Source of the DNA: Acaryochloris marina MBIC11017
GTDB taxonomy: Bacteria; Cyanobacteriota; Cyanobacteriia; Thermosynechococcales; Thermosynechococcaceae
DNA: 32,000 bases
NCBI RefSeq assembly: GCF_000018105.1
Contig: NC_009925.1
Span: 3,810,001 to 3,842,000 of the forward strand
Reading direction: 5' to 3'
In this document: positions 1-8,632 of the stretch, piece after piece
How the letters are laid out: every line of letters begins with the position of its first letter
How positions within the stretch are numbered: position 1 is the first letter of the stretch
Notes under the pieces: generated by a model
Databases searched by the model: none
What the model was told of the DNA's origin: nothing
Seen by the model: the letters and a program-made list of their open reading frames with translations, nothing else
Made by a program: the position numbers and the translations under genes

Positions 1-456
1 AAGCGTGAGATTGGCATCAGCAGCGGCATTAACCAACTTGGTAAAGGCTGCCGCTGCTTCTTGATCCAAATACTCAGACCGACGATACGTCCCTCGCACA
101 AACTCTCCAACGTTTACCAGTCGGTTATCTTCGTTTTCTGCATAGGCAAGGTGGCCATAGTAATTCTTAGGTGTAGCAGTAACAGGTGCCGCTGGAGCGT
201 TAGCTGGAGAGGGAGTATTCGAGATGGAGGGCAAGCTCTCATACAGGGGAGATGGGGGACGGTTTGTCGCAGGGGGCAATGGTTGGGATGTTTCGACCGG
301 GGATTGAGCGGGTTGTTGGGGTGACTGCTCTTGCGAGACGGGTGGATCCGCGGGGACCAGTTGAAGGCTAGCCGCCAGCCAGACAATCACCGCTGTGGTC
401 AAAAGGCTAATCACCACAAACTGGAACTGGCCGAAAATTTTTTGGAACCCTTTCAT
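1..456 (-). CDS. M15-family (VanY-like) D-alanyl-D-alanine carboxypeptidase, N-terminal part. The gene runs off the left edge of the window.
   Basis: Not in the ORF track because there is no stop in the window. The reverse complement from ATG (454-456) reads MKGFQKIFGQFQFVVISLLTTAVIVWLAAS (signal/TM), then a Pro/Ser-rich linker, then ...NYYGHLAYAENEDNRLVNVGEFVRGTYRRSEYLDQEAAAAFTKLVNAAADANLTL with no stop down to position 1. The YGHL.Y.E...L motif and the following block resemble the start of cyanobacterial VanY/M15B peptidases. The catalytic domain is not visible in this window. Confidence 0.55.
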   Translation of the reverse strand, partial: MKGFQKIFGQFQFVVISLLTTAVIVWLAASLQLVPADPPVSQEQSPQQPAQSPVETSQPLPPATNRPPSPLYESLPSISNTPSPANAPAAPVTATPKNYYGHLAYAENEDNRLVNVGEFVRGTYRRSEYLDQEAAAAFTKLVNAAADANLTL

Positions 457-520
457 AAGTCTATTTGCTGCCCCATTGATAGACAGTAATCACAATAATC
501 GAGAGCAGAAACTTTAGCGT

Positions 521-2374
521 CTAATCTCGTTGAATGAGTTGAGCGGCAATCCAGCCCCGAACCCCTGACTGAGGGAACAAGACCTCATACCAGAGGTAAC
601 CCCCAACATCTTTACGTTGGCCGACAATTCGGACGCGATCACCAGGGTAAGCCATATGTTTAGTCGGGAATTTGGTTCCTGGCCCCGTTCGAATATTTTT
701 ACTTTCTGGACTACCGACAAGGGTTGCGTTGGTGTTTGCAGGTGTTGGTTTGGGGGTGGGCGTTGGGTCCGGAGCGGGTTTTGCGGCTTGATCCGCTTTG
801 ACTAACTGTGCTGCAATCCATCCCTGGGCCTGGGATTTAGGGAAATAAACGTTATGCCAAAGGAAGCCACCTTGATCGTGATCGCTCGTAATAATCGTGA
901 TCCGATCGCCTGGGTAAGCAATATGGGTTTGAGCATAGTTTGTCCCTGGGCCAGACCGGATATTTTTAGAACCAGGGTCCCCCGCAATGCGGGCATTAGT
1001 TTGATCGGCATTGGGCGGTAATGCAATCTCAACTGGAGGGGGTGGAGCGGGACGAGTCACCTGGCTCGTGCTGTCATTAGTGGGCGTGGAAGGTTCGGGA
1101 GAAGCACTTACTGCTTTATCAGAGGTGGAACGCTCTGTTCCCACAGCGGGTGTAGGCGAATTACGAGAGAGTAGATCTGAAACCTGCCCTCGTAAAAGCA
1201 CCGCACTCACCAATACAAATATGCCAATGACTCCACCTGTGAGGATGGCTTTTTGCCATTCTGGAAACCGGGCTTGATTGACGGTGGGTGGTACGGATGG
1301 ATGTTGAGGAATAACGGCTTGGGTCGGTTCAGATACAGCCGGTTCAGGAGGCACTGAAACCGATGCTTCGGTGATGGAAATCGAGGGCTGCTGGAGGGTA
1401 TGAGCAACGATATCTGTGGCTTCCACACCCACTGGAGTGGTGTCTTGATTGGCCAGAATCTCTGGAGCCTGAGCATTTGTAGCATCTTGGGCAACATCCA
1501 CAACATGGGTTGCTGGCAGCACCAAATGATTCATCATGGCTACCGCACTGAGGAACCGTTCATTGGGCTGAGGATGAATGGCCTGACTGAGGGTAGCAGC
1601 AAACTCTGAGCTGAGATTAGGCACTAAATGCTGCCATAGCAGAACGCCTGTTTGCGGATCGGTTTCGAGTTCTTGAGGGATTTTAAGGGTGAGGAGATAG
1701 ATAGCCGTGAGCCCCAAGCTATATAGATCGCTGCTGTAAACAGGACGTCCTGCTAGTTGTTCCATGGGCATATATCCGGGGGTGCCTACCACAATGGAGC
1801 GATTCGTTTGCCCTTGGGAATTCACCACGGTACTCATGGTTTCTTTAACGGCTCCAAAATCAATGAGGCTGGGTATGCCGTCTTTTTGGCGCAAGATAAT
1901 GTTATCGGGCTTAATATCTCGATGAACAATCCGCTGTTGGTGAATATAGTCGATAGCTGGCAAGAGCTTGATCAAAATGTCTCGCACTTCCGTCTCACTG
2001 AGGGGGCCATGCTGCATTTTTTGGGTCAGGGTTTGACCCGCCACCCACTCTTCTACTAGGTAAAACTGACCGGCCTCTTCTAAAAAAGCGTAAAGCATGG
2101 GAATTTGGTCATGGCTGTCTCCCAAACGCTCTAGGATTGCGGCTTCCCTTTGAAATCGATCTTTCACCAATTGATAGATCTGAGGATTATTATCAATGGG
2201 CTTTAACTGCTTGATCACACATTGGCGGCGGGAGGGCATTTGGGTGTCTTCTGCCAAAAAGGTGGTGCCAAAGCCACCATCGCCAAGGACTTTAATGACC
2301 CGGTAGCGGTTATTCAGTAAAGTTGGGGTTTGAGGGGTTTGAACATGGGGAGTATTGGTACCGGAATTCGTCAT
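521..2374 (-). CDS. Ser/Thr protein kinase (Hanks type) with one TM segment and two C-terminal SH3b domains
   Basis: 617-aa ORF. Kinase motifs are GDGGFGTTFLA (G-loop), VIKQL (Lys), HRDIKPDNI (catalytic loop), DFG and GTPGYMPMEQ. A hydrophobic segment follows (ILTGGVIGIFVLVSAVLL). There are two paralogous SH3b units: GSKNIRSGPGTNY...GWIAAQLV and ESKNIRTGPGTKF...GWIAAQLI. Confidence 0.9.
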   Translation of the reverse strand: MTNSGTNTPHVQTPQTPTLLNNRYRVIKVLGDGGFGTTFLAEDTQMPSRRQCVIKQLKPIDNNPQIYQLVKDRFQREAAILERLGDSHDQIPMLYAFLEEAGQFYLVEEWVAGQTLTQKMQHGPLSETEVRDILIKLLPAIDYIHQQRIVHRDIKPDNIILRQKDGIPSLIDFGAVKETMSTVVNSQGQTNRSIVVGTPGYMPMEQLAGRPVYSSDLYSLGLTAIYLLTLKIPQELETDPQTGVLLWQHLVPNLSSEFAATLSQAIHPQPNERFLSAVAMMNHLVLPATHVVDVAQDATNAQAPEILANQDTTPVGVEATDIVAHTLQQPSISITEASVSVPPEPAVSEPTQAVIPQHPSVPPTVNQARFPEWQKAILTGGVIGIFVLVSAVLLRGQVSDLLSRNSPTPAVGTERSTSDKAVSASPEPSTPTNDSTSQVTRPAPPPPVEIALPPNADQTNARIAGDPGSKNIRSGPGTNYAQTHIAYPGDRITIITSDHDQGGFLWHNVYFPKSQAQGWIAAQLVKADQAAKPAPDPTPTPKPTPANTNATLVGSPESKNIRTGPGTKFPTKHMAYPGDRVRIVGQRKDVGGYLWYEVLFPQSGVRGWIAAQLIQRD

Positions 2375-2520
2375 GTATCTACCTGGCTGTCGAGAAATAA
2401 TATGAGGAAGCCTTCATCCCACAATAGAAGCTCCCTCTAGAATGTGCAGTGATCAGTTTTGATCTGTTATGTGATTTAAAACAATGCCGTATACGGGGTG
2501 AAGCGATCAGCGTCAAGAAC

Positions 2521-3444
2521 ATGGAATTTTCCTATCAAACCTATCAACGATCGTTCCAACAGCCCTTACAAACAAGATATGGGCCGTGGTCGATCCGTCG
2601 AGGGTTGATGGTTATGTTAGAGGATGATGCTGGCAATATTGGCCAAGGTGAAATTGCTCCTTTATCGTGGTTTGGATCTGAAACTTGGGAACAGGCCCAG
2701 ACCTATTGTCAGCAACTACCTCGACAGCTAACGGACGCTCACATCTTGTCTATCCCAGATCGCTATCCGGCTTGCCAGTTTGGATTGGGTTCAGCGTGGG
2801 AAGCATTACATCAAAATTCCGTATCAGCGTCTGTTTTCCCTGAGATTTGCGGCCTATTACCCACCGGAAGCTCCGCTTTGTCCGCCGCTTCCAAGCTATG
2901 GGAGCAGGGCTATCGAACTTTTAAGTGGAAAATTGGGGTGGATGCCATCGAACAGGAACAGGCTATTTTTCGGCGGTTGATCGTAGCTTTGCCACCGCAA
3001 GCCTTGCTGCGCTTGGATGCCAATGGAGGACTAACCAATGAGTCTGCTTGTCGTTGGCTGCAGCTGTGTGATCAGGTGATGGACACTCTTAGGATTGAAT
3101 ATCTGGAGCAACCGCTCCCCCCCGAGCAATTGTCGGCCATGTTGTCCTTAAGTCAGCAGTTTCAAACCCCATTGGCTTTAGATGAGTCGGTAGCAACTCT
3201 GTCTCAGCTACAACACTGTGTTCAACAAGGATGGAACGGCATTTTCGTGATTAAACCTGCTATTTGTGGTTATCCCCACCGCTTACGTCAGTTTTGCCAA
3301 TCCCATCCGATTGATGCTGTTTTCTCCTCTGTCTTTGAATCAGAGGTGGGGCGGCAGGCCTGTCTGAGATTGGCGGCAGAACTATCGAATCCCCAACGAG
3401 CCATTGGGTTTGGTGTTTGCCATTGGTTGTCCCCTGATGAATAA
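2521..3444 (+). CDS. menC: o-succinylbenzoate synthase (enolase superfamily)
   Basis: ORF 2449-3444. The likely start is ATG 2521 (MEFSYQTYQRSFQQPLQTRYGPWSIRRG), which matches the usual MenC N-terminus pattern. Metal-ligand context is LRLDANGG, YLEQP and ALDES. It overlaps the downstream menE-like gene by 8 nt. The choice of start is inference. Confidence 0.8.
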   Translation: MEFSYQTYQRSFQQPLQTRYGPWSIRRGLMVMLEDDAGNIGQGEIAPLSWFGSETWEQAQTYCQQLPRQLTDAHILSIPDRYPACQFGLGSAWEALHQNSVSASVFPEICGLLPTGSSALSAASKLWEQGYRTFKWKIGVDAIEQEQAIFRRLIVALPPQALLRLDANGGLTNESACRWLQLCDQVMDTLRIEYLEQPLPPEQLSAMLSLSQQFQTPLALDESVATLSQLQHCVQQGWNGIFVIKPAICGYPHRLRQFCQSHPIDAVFSSVFESEVGRQACLRLAAELSNPQRAIGFGVCHWLSPDE

Positions 3445-4897
3445 CGCTTCGTTCTCGGTTGATCCGGTTAAGCCGTCCAGTGCTCACTTATTGGGTTCTC
3501 CCCAAGCAATTTGGCACAGGGAAGACTGGATTCTGGGCCTTAATCATCAGCGTTGGTTAGAGCGAATTCGACAACGACAACGAGAGCTACAAGCGGTGAT
3601 GGAGCGAGAGGGCTATCCCAGAGTCCTGTTAGTTCAGGCTGATCCACTAGAGTTTTTAGCTGGATTGATGGCGGCGTGTTTATGTGATTGTCCTGTATTT
3701 CTCGGGAATCCCCATTGGCAACGTTCTGAATGGCAACAGGTGTTGCTGCTAGTTCAACCCCATGTTATTTGGGATGCCTCTCAGTTGCCTCCGGTAGATA
3801 TCCCAAAACCAGCCCCAGCTAAGCAAGAAGAGAAGGGATGGATTTTAATCTCTACCGGGGGCTCATCGGGACAGGTTCGATTTGCGATTCATACTTGGGA
3901 GACTCTAACTGCCTCGGTTGAAGGCTGCCAAAATCATTTTTTCGGTGGTGAATTGGATGCCATCAATTCCTGCTGCTGGTTACCCCTGTATCACGTCAGT
4001 GGGTTGATGCAGTTTATGCGATCGCTCCTTACATACGGTAAACTCCTCCTCCTCCCACGCCACTGTTTTTCTCCTGAAATCTCCTTGATGCCAGACATAG
4101 CGGCTTTTCTAGATCCGCAATCAGAGCAACCTTATTCCTTTTTTCTCTCCCTCGTTCCTACCCAACTCCAGCGATTCTTGCAACAGGGCGGCCCTCGTTT
4201 ACAATGGCTAGCCCGATTTCACACTATTTTGGTGGGGGGCGGTCCTGCATGGCCCGCTTTACTCCAGGGGGCTCGCCAGCACCAGTTGCGGTTGGCTTTA
4301 ACCTATGGCATGACGGAAACTGCTGCTCAAGTGGCGACATTAGATCCCGATCAATTCCTGCTCGGAGCAGCTCACAGTGGCCATGTTTTGCCCCATGCTC
4401 AAATTGCCATTGAGCATCAGCAACACCAGGGCATTGTGGCTCCTCAAACAGGACAGGTGGTGATTGAATGTACATCTCTTTGTAAAGGATATTACCCGCA
4501 ATTATTAGCCTCACCTCGTAAATTTTTTACGGATGATTTAGGGTATTTCAATAACCAAGGAGCATTGCATATTGTCGGTCGTTTAAGTCGCAAGATTATC
4601 TCTGGGGGGGAGAATGTTTTTCCCGAAGAAATAGAAAAATTAATTTTAAGTACAGGCCTCGTAAAAGATGTGACGGTGTTGGGCCAACCTCATCCCGATT
4701 GGGGCCAAATCATTACCGCCATTGTGGTTCCTGCAGCAGACTCCTTTTCCCTAATCGCATTGCAGACTTGTCTGAAGAATCAACTCAGCCCGTTTAAACA
4801 ACCAAAGCAATGGTATGTCTTGCCTCAGCTGCCCCGTAACCCTCAAGGTAAAATCGACCAATCACAGATGAGGAAACTACTTCAGGTTGATCAGTAG
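3437..4897 (+). CDS. menE: o-succinylbenzoate-CoA ligase (adenylate-forming enzyme)
   Basis: ORF 3404-4897. In-frame ATG at 3437 (MNNASF...) overlaps the menC stop. AMP-binding motifs are ISTGGSSGQVRF (P-loop-like), YGMTET, and GDLGYF-like DDLGYFNNQGALHIVGR, with GKI near the C-terminus. menC-menE adjacency is typical of phylloquinone clusters. Confidence 0.8.
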   Translation: MNNASFSVDPVKPSSAHLLGSPQAIWHREDWILGLNHQRWLERIRQRQRELQAVMEREGYPRVLLVQADPLEFLAGLMAACLCDCPVFLGNPHWQRSEWQQVLLLVQPHVIWDASQLPPVDIPKPAPAKQEEKGWILISTGGSSGQVRFAIHTWETLTASVEGCQNHFFGGELDAINSCCWLPLYHVSGLMQFMRSLLTYGKLLLLPRHCFSPEISLMPDIAAFLDPQSEQPYSFFLSLVPTQLQRFLQQGGPRLQWLARFHTILVGGGPAWPALLQGARQHQLRLALTYGMTETAAQVATLDPDQFLLGAAHSGHVLPHAQIAIEHQQHQGIVAPQTGQVVIECTSLCKGYYPQLLASPRKFFTDDLGYFNNQGALHIVGRLSRKIISGGENVFPEEIEKLILSTGLVKDVTVLGQPHPDWGQIITAIVVPAADSFSLIALQTCLKNQLSPFKQPKQWYVLPQLPRNPQGKIDQSQMRKLLQVDQ

Positions 4898-5310
4898 TGA
4901 CTACAGGGACGGAAATTCTGACATTGACCCATCTAATTTTATTGATATATTTCACTCTGTTAACCCCCGCGAATAAGAGTGAACTTTAGTAAAATCCCTG
5001 AGCTAGCTCTGGGGGTTAATGCTAGATTAAACCCAGGTACAAAAAGTCAAAGTTAACAAGTAACCCCGGAACACGTCAGTACCTCCTACCTCTGTTCTGA
5101 AGAGCAACCTTCTTCCTGAGAACTTACGATTTGTGGTCATCATTTTCTATCAGAAAAAATTGAAGACCAGAACACTTATCTAGTAAAGATATGTAAGACT
5201 TACCTCTTAGAACTGTTGCTGTTGTTAATGTCCACTTTAGTTGTTTTTCTGTAAACTCTATCTATTTTTTCAATTCTGAGCAAACATACATTCTCGGTTT
5301 CTATAGGATT

Positions 5311-5340
5311 AAGGGTTTGGTTACAATAAGCCAAACCCTT
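5311..5340. terminator. Strong hairpin in the convergent spacer between menE and the HAD gene
   Basis: AAGGGTTTGG (5311-5320) and CCAAACCCTT (5331-5340) form a perfect 10-bp stem. On the + strand it is followed by TAGCCGTTTT. There is no clean U-tract on the - strand, so which transcript it terminates is uncertain. Confidence 0.4.
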
Positions 5341-5383
5341 TAGCCGTTTTAAACAGATTTTTAAGACGCTGATGAAATTGGCA

Positions 5384-6169
5384 TTAAGACATCAGTAATC
5401 GTTGCGTAATTTCGATAAATCCTAACCCTTCAGCTGCTTGGGTCATCGCTTGGGGGTGGTGGTCAATCTGCTCCAGGTAGTGAGACAAGTTGGCAACGCC
5501 GACGGAGTGCGGAAAAACTTGAGAATCGAATAGATCTTGATCATTCGGACTATCGCCGATCGTCAAAATTTGGTCTAAATTATATCGCTCCGGTAAATGG
5601 TGTTCTAGAACCGTTAGGAGCCCTGCCTGTTTGTTCTGGCCTTTGGGTTTGATATGACACTGCACTGTACTGTAGGTAAAATCAAATCCTGCCGTGGTAC
5701 AGAGATTTGCCATCTGATCCAAATCGACTGGATCAAAGTCGGGATTATCAAAGGTCCAATCCGTGATTCTAAACGCGTTATCAGCCGTAGTTCGTAGATG
5801 AGGAAAGTGGGTTTGGAGCTGACGAAAAGTGTTGGCTAAGTGAGCACGATGGTCTTTAAGGCCCGGAATGTCTGAAAGCACTTTTCCGGGGGTGTCTGGC
5901 TGATGAAAGAAGAGGCCGCCATTTTCTGCGATCGCACCCTGTATCGGTAAATAATGGGCAAGGCCGCTGACCCAGCCCGCCGAACGCCCCGTCACAATCA
6001 CAACAGCAAAACCACTCTTTTGTAAGTCCCATAGGGCTTGGCCAAAGACGGCTGGGAATTTACCGTTGACGGTCAGGGTGCCATCCATATCGGTGGCAAT
6101 CAGCTTGATAGCGTTGAGCTGCTGTGCAGAGATGTCTGCAAATGGAAGGATGGGATGGTGCATGGACAA
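5384..6169 (-). CDS. HAD-superfamily hydrolase (IIB/Cof-like phosphatase)
   Basis: 261-aa ORF. Motif I is ATDMDGTLT, motif II VTGRS, and motif IV GDSPNDQDLF. The cap region length is typical of HAD-IIB. The substrate is not inferable from sequence. Confidence 0.8.
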   Translation of the reverse strand: MSMHHPILPFADISAQQLNAIKLIATDMDGTLTVNGKFPAVFGQALWDLQKSGFAVVIVTGRSAGWVSGLAHYLPIQGAIAENGGLFFHQPDTPGKVLSDIPGLKDHRAHLANTFRQLQTHFPHLRTTADNAFRITDWTFDNPDFDPVDLDQMANLCTTAGFDFTYSTVQCHIKPKGQNKQAGLLTVLEHHLPERYNLDQILTIGDSPNDQDLFDSQVFPHSVGVANLSHYLEQIDHHPQAMTQAAEGLGFIEITQRLLMS

Positions 6170-6202
6170 TTCGTGCAGGGCGGTCTTAATTTTACAGTGC
6201 GA

Positions 6203-6721
6203 TTAGACGGCCTTATAAATGACGGCACCATCAGACTCACGATTGCCAACGACCAATAGTTCTGCTAAACACAGTTCTTGGACCTTGGATTTAACTATTT
6301 CAGGGCTTTTTTCGGTTGCAATCACACAATCACTCAGAGTGGCCCCCTGCTGATCTCGGCAAATCTTCAGAATTTGCACATCCAAAGGAGGACTCGCTTG
6401 TGTGTAAGTGCTGACATCTCTGACAATGGTTTGTTGTGTAGTAGCATCTGCTGAACTATAGAGCAATCTTTGCTTTAGATTTTTATGGTCAACCATCTCT
6501 GGAATAAGGAAAAGGTCGACCACTTGACCAATGCCCAGAAATCCAAAGGTACAAAAGTAGAGAATGCCGCTAATGGGTTTGCCTAGGTAGAATCGGTGAA
6601 TTCCACAGATGCCAAAGGTAGAGAAAAACCAAAGGAGATAGGCAGTACCATTATTAGCCATTGGGGTGTTACGACCTCTGCTGTCTCGACCACTATCCTT
6701 CAATTCTAGCCAATGTGCCAT
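6203..6721 (-). CDS. TM2 domain-containing membrane protein with a soluble C-terminal domain
   Basis: AYLLWFFSTFGICGIHRFYLGKPISGILYFCTFGFLGIGQVVDLFLIP is a canonical TM2 domain. An alternative start is MANNGT (about 6661). The gene lies 33 nt upstream of the HAD gene on the same strand. Confidence 0.75.
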   Translation of the reverse strand: MAHWLELKDSGRDSRGRNTPMANNGTAYLLWFFSTFGICGIHRFYLGKPISGILYFCTFGFLGIGQVVDLFLIPEMVDHKNLKQRLLYSSADATTQQTIVRDVSTYTQASPPLDVQILKICRDQQGATLSDCVIATEKSPEIVKSKVQELCLAELLVVGNRESDGAVIYKAV

Positions 6722-7107
6722 TTCACCAGAATCACAACCTTTACCTTTCTACAGAAAAGCAAATGACTGGCATCCCCCTTTCCATATCTAAATCTGATAG
6801 TGTTGATTTTAGATCTAACTGGGTGAGATGCATCCCATTTTCAGGACATGGATTATGATTTCTAATGTCAAAAAGGAAAAGGTGGCCCCAGCTGACCCAT
6901 GGCTATTGTCATAGTCACTTAACATAACCGCTTTTCACTAAAACGGTTGTCCATGCACCTGTTGCTTGAAATTTGATGTTCTTGCTTTAGGCATCTGTAG
7001 AGCTAGAAACACTTCAGTCTCTGCTACTAGAGTAAGCAGAATACTCAAATCAAGATACTTCGATCATCGGACTGGGCAGTAAGTCTAGGAGTTCAGGCAG
7101 AAGCCGT

Positions 7108-7458
7108 TTAGTCTTCTAAACGCGTGATCAGAACTTTTAGCTCTTCAGCTAATTCTTGACTGGTAATTTTTTGCTCAGTCTCACTAGTATCATCCATAAA
7201 CATATTGCCTTTACCCGTCAATAGCCAATCGATGGACACCTGATAATAGGTGTTGAGCAAAATTAAAAAATCTATATTTAGCAAATAATCACCGCACTCA
7301 CAGCCAGACCATTGTCTGACAGAGATAGAAAGATTCTTGGCGATTTGAACTTGGGACAACCCTAAATGAGCCCGTAGCTGCTTCATTCGTCTGCCAATTT
7401 TTTGGGCTGCAATATTAATAATTAGCTGATCTTTTTTCCCGAGTTGCTTGCGAGGCAT
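7108..7458 (-). CDS. XRE-family helix-turn-helix transcriptional regulator
   Basis: 116 aa. MKQLRAHLGLSQVQIAKNLSISVRQWSGCECGDYLLNIDFLILLNTYYQVSIDWLLTG fits the HTH_XRE pattern (LSQ..lA..lgis...is..E.G......l..l......vs.dwLl.G). The surrounding DNA is AT-rich. Confidence 0.8.
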   Translation of the reverse strand: MPRKQLGKKDQLIINIAAQKIGRRMKQLRAHLGLSQVQIAKNLSISVRQWSGCECGDYLLNIDFLILLNTYYQVSIDWLLTGKGNMFMDDTSETEQKITSQELAEELKVLITRLED

Positions 7459-7990
7459 AGCAGAGTGGCAGATTAGTTTTGATGATTATTGAAGATATTC
7501 AAAAGGACTCAAATTGTAGTCATCTAATCCTAAATGCAACCGAAAAAAAGGGTGATCAGATGACAAAGTTTTGTCTAAATATTGTGCAATAAGGATATTT
7601 TAGACGTAATCCTCAAACGAGTTCTATGTAGGAATACGGATCCTTTTGCAATTACTGGTGCTTTAATCCAGAAAATTATCTACGTGAAAATACTGAAATT
7701 TTGAGTGATGGGCCAAGGTGATGGGGCTATATTGTCCGCTCTTAGGGGTGCCACTCCGTATATTCACGGATACAATAGAGAGAACAGTTATCAAGTGGCA
7801 TCAGTGGTGGTTGCACAGGACGCAATCATCTATGACATTGAGAAGCCTTTAGTCCCTGTTGGGAAGAACACTCTAATCTTTAGGATTTAGCAAATCGTTC
7901 GTTGAGTTTTTGCGAATGTTTATGCTATCTCAGGGCTAGAAAAAGTCATACATTAAAGAAAACATTATCTAGTTGTTGTTAGACATAGCA

Positions 7991-8407
7991 ATGGACACAA
8001 TTCAATACAAGCGATCGACCAAGGGCTGTCAAGCCAGACGGAGAGCGGAACAAAGACACTCAAAACGTCAGCCTACTGCCACGACGAGGAGTAGCCTGCT
8101 GGAATCTTCTTATAAAGCCCAACTGGATTTAGCCGTCAAAGGAGTGTTGTTTGAAAGTCTATACCCTCTCAGTCGAGATGAGATTGCAGAACGTATGACA
8201 TGGTTAATAGCCGATACCAAATATGGAAAAATTAATCGAGTATTTGCGTCTCTACAGCGCTTGATCACCAGTAAGTTAGTTGCAGCAACTCGTGTTGTTG
8301 ATCAAGGAAAGGAGGTCACTAAATATCTTTTGAATCTTCCCTATGAGGAATTGCAAAAAGAGCGGGCGGCGAGGGTGAGAATTCAGCAGCTTCAATGTAA
8401 CGAATAG
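7991..8407 (+). CDS. Hypothetical protein with a basic N-terminus, possibly a winged-helix DNA binder
   Basis: ORF 7973-8407 starts at TTG, and the first ATG is at 7991 (MDTIQYKRS...). I recognise no family motif. It is followed by a strong terminator. Coding status rests only on ORF length and the terminator. Confidence 0.45.
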   Translation: MDTIQYKRSTKGCQARRRAEQRHSKRQPTATTRSSLLESSYKAQLDLAVKGVLFESLYPLSRDEIAERMTWLIADTKYGKINRVFASLQRLITSKLVAATRVVDQGKEVTKYLLNLPYEELQKERAARVRIQQLQCNE

Positions 8408-8460
8408 AAATCTTTCCTGTTGGTATCGACGACCAGACGATACATCCTGAATATAAAAGC

Positions 8461-8495
8461 AAAGAGAGAGGATTGAGAACCAATCCTCTCTCTTT
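8461..8495. terminator. Bidirectional rho-independent terminator between convergent genes
   Basis: AAAGAGAGAGGATT (8461-8474), a 7-nt loop GAGAACC, then AATCCTCTCTCTTT (8482-8495) give a perfect 14-bp stem. T-rich sequence trails on both strands. It sits between the 7991-8407 (+) gene and desB (-). Confidence 0.7.
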
Positions 8496-8632
8496 TGCGT
8501 CACTTACAAGCAACTGAGAAGCGTATATTAACGTCGAAGCTCAATATTGGCCGATGAAATTGATTTGAGGCTTATCGCTTCACTCTCTTTCCTGAACGAA
8601 TTTAGCCTAGAGAAAAAGCATAAAAGAGAAAT

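Noticed and set aside
61-386. Track ORFs 61-324 (+) and 114-386 (-)
   Set aside because: They are alternative frames of the partial M15 peptidase gene (1-456, -), and they are Pro/Arg/Cys-rich nonsense-like sequences.
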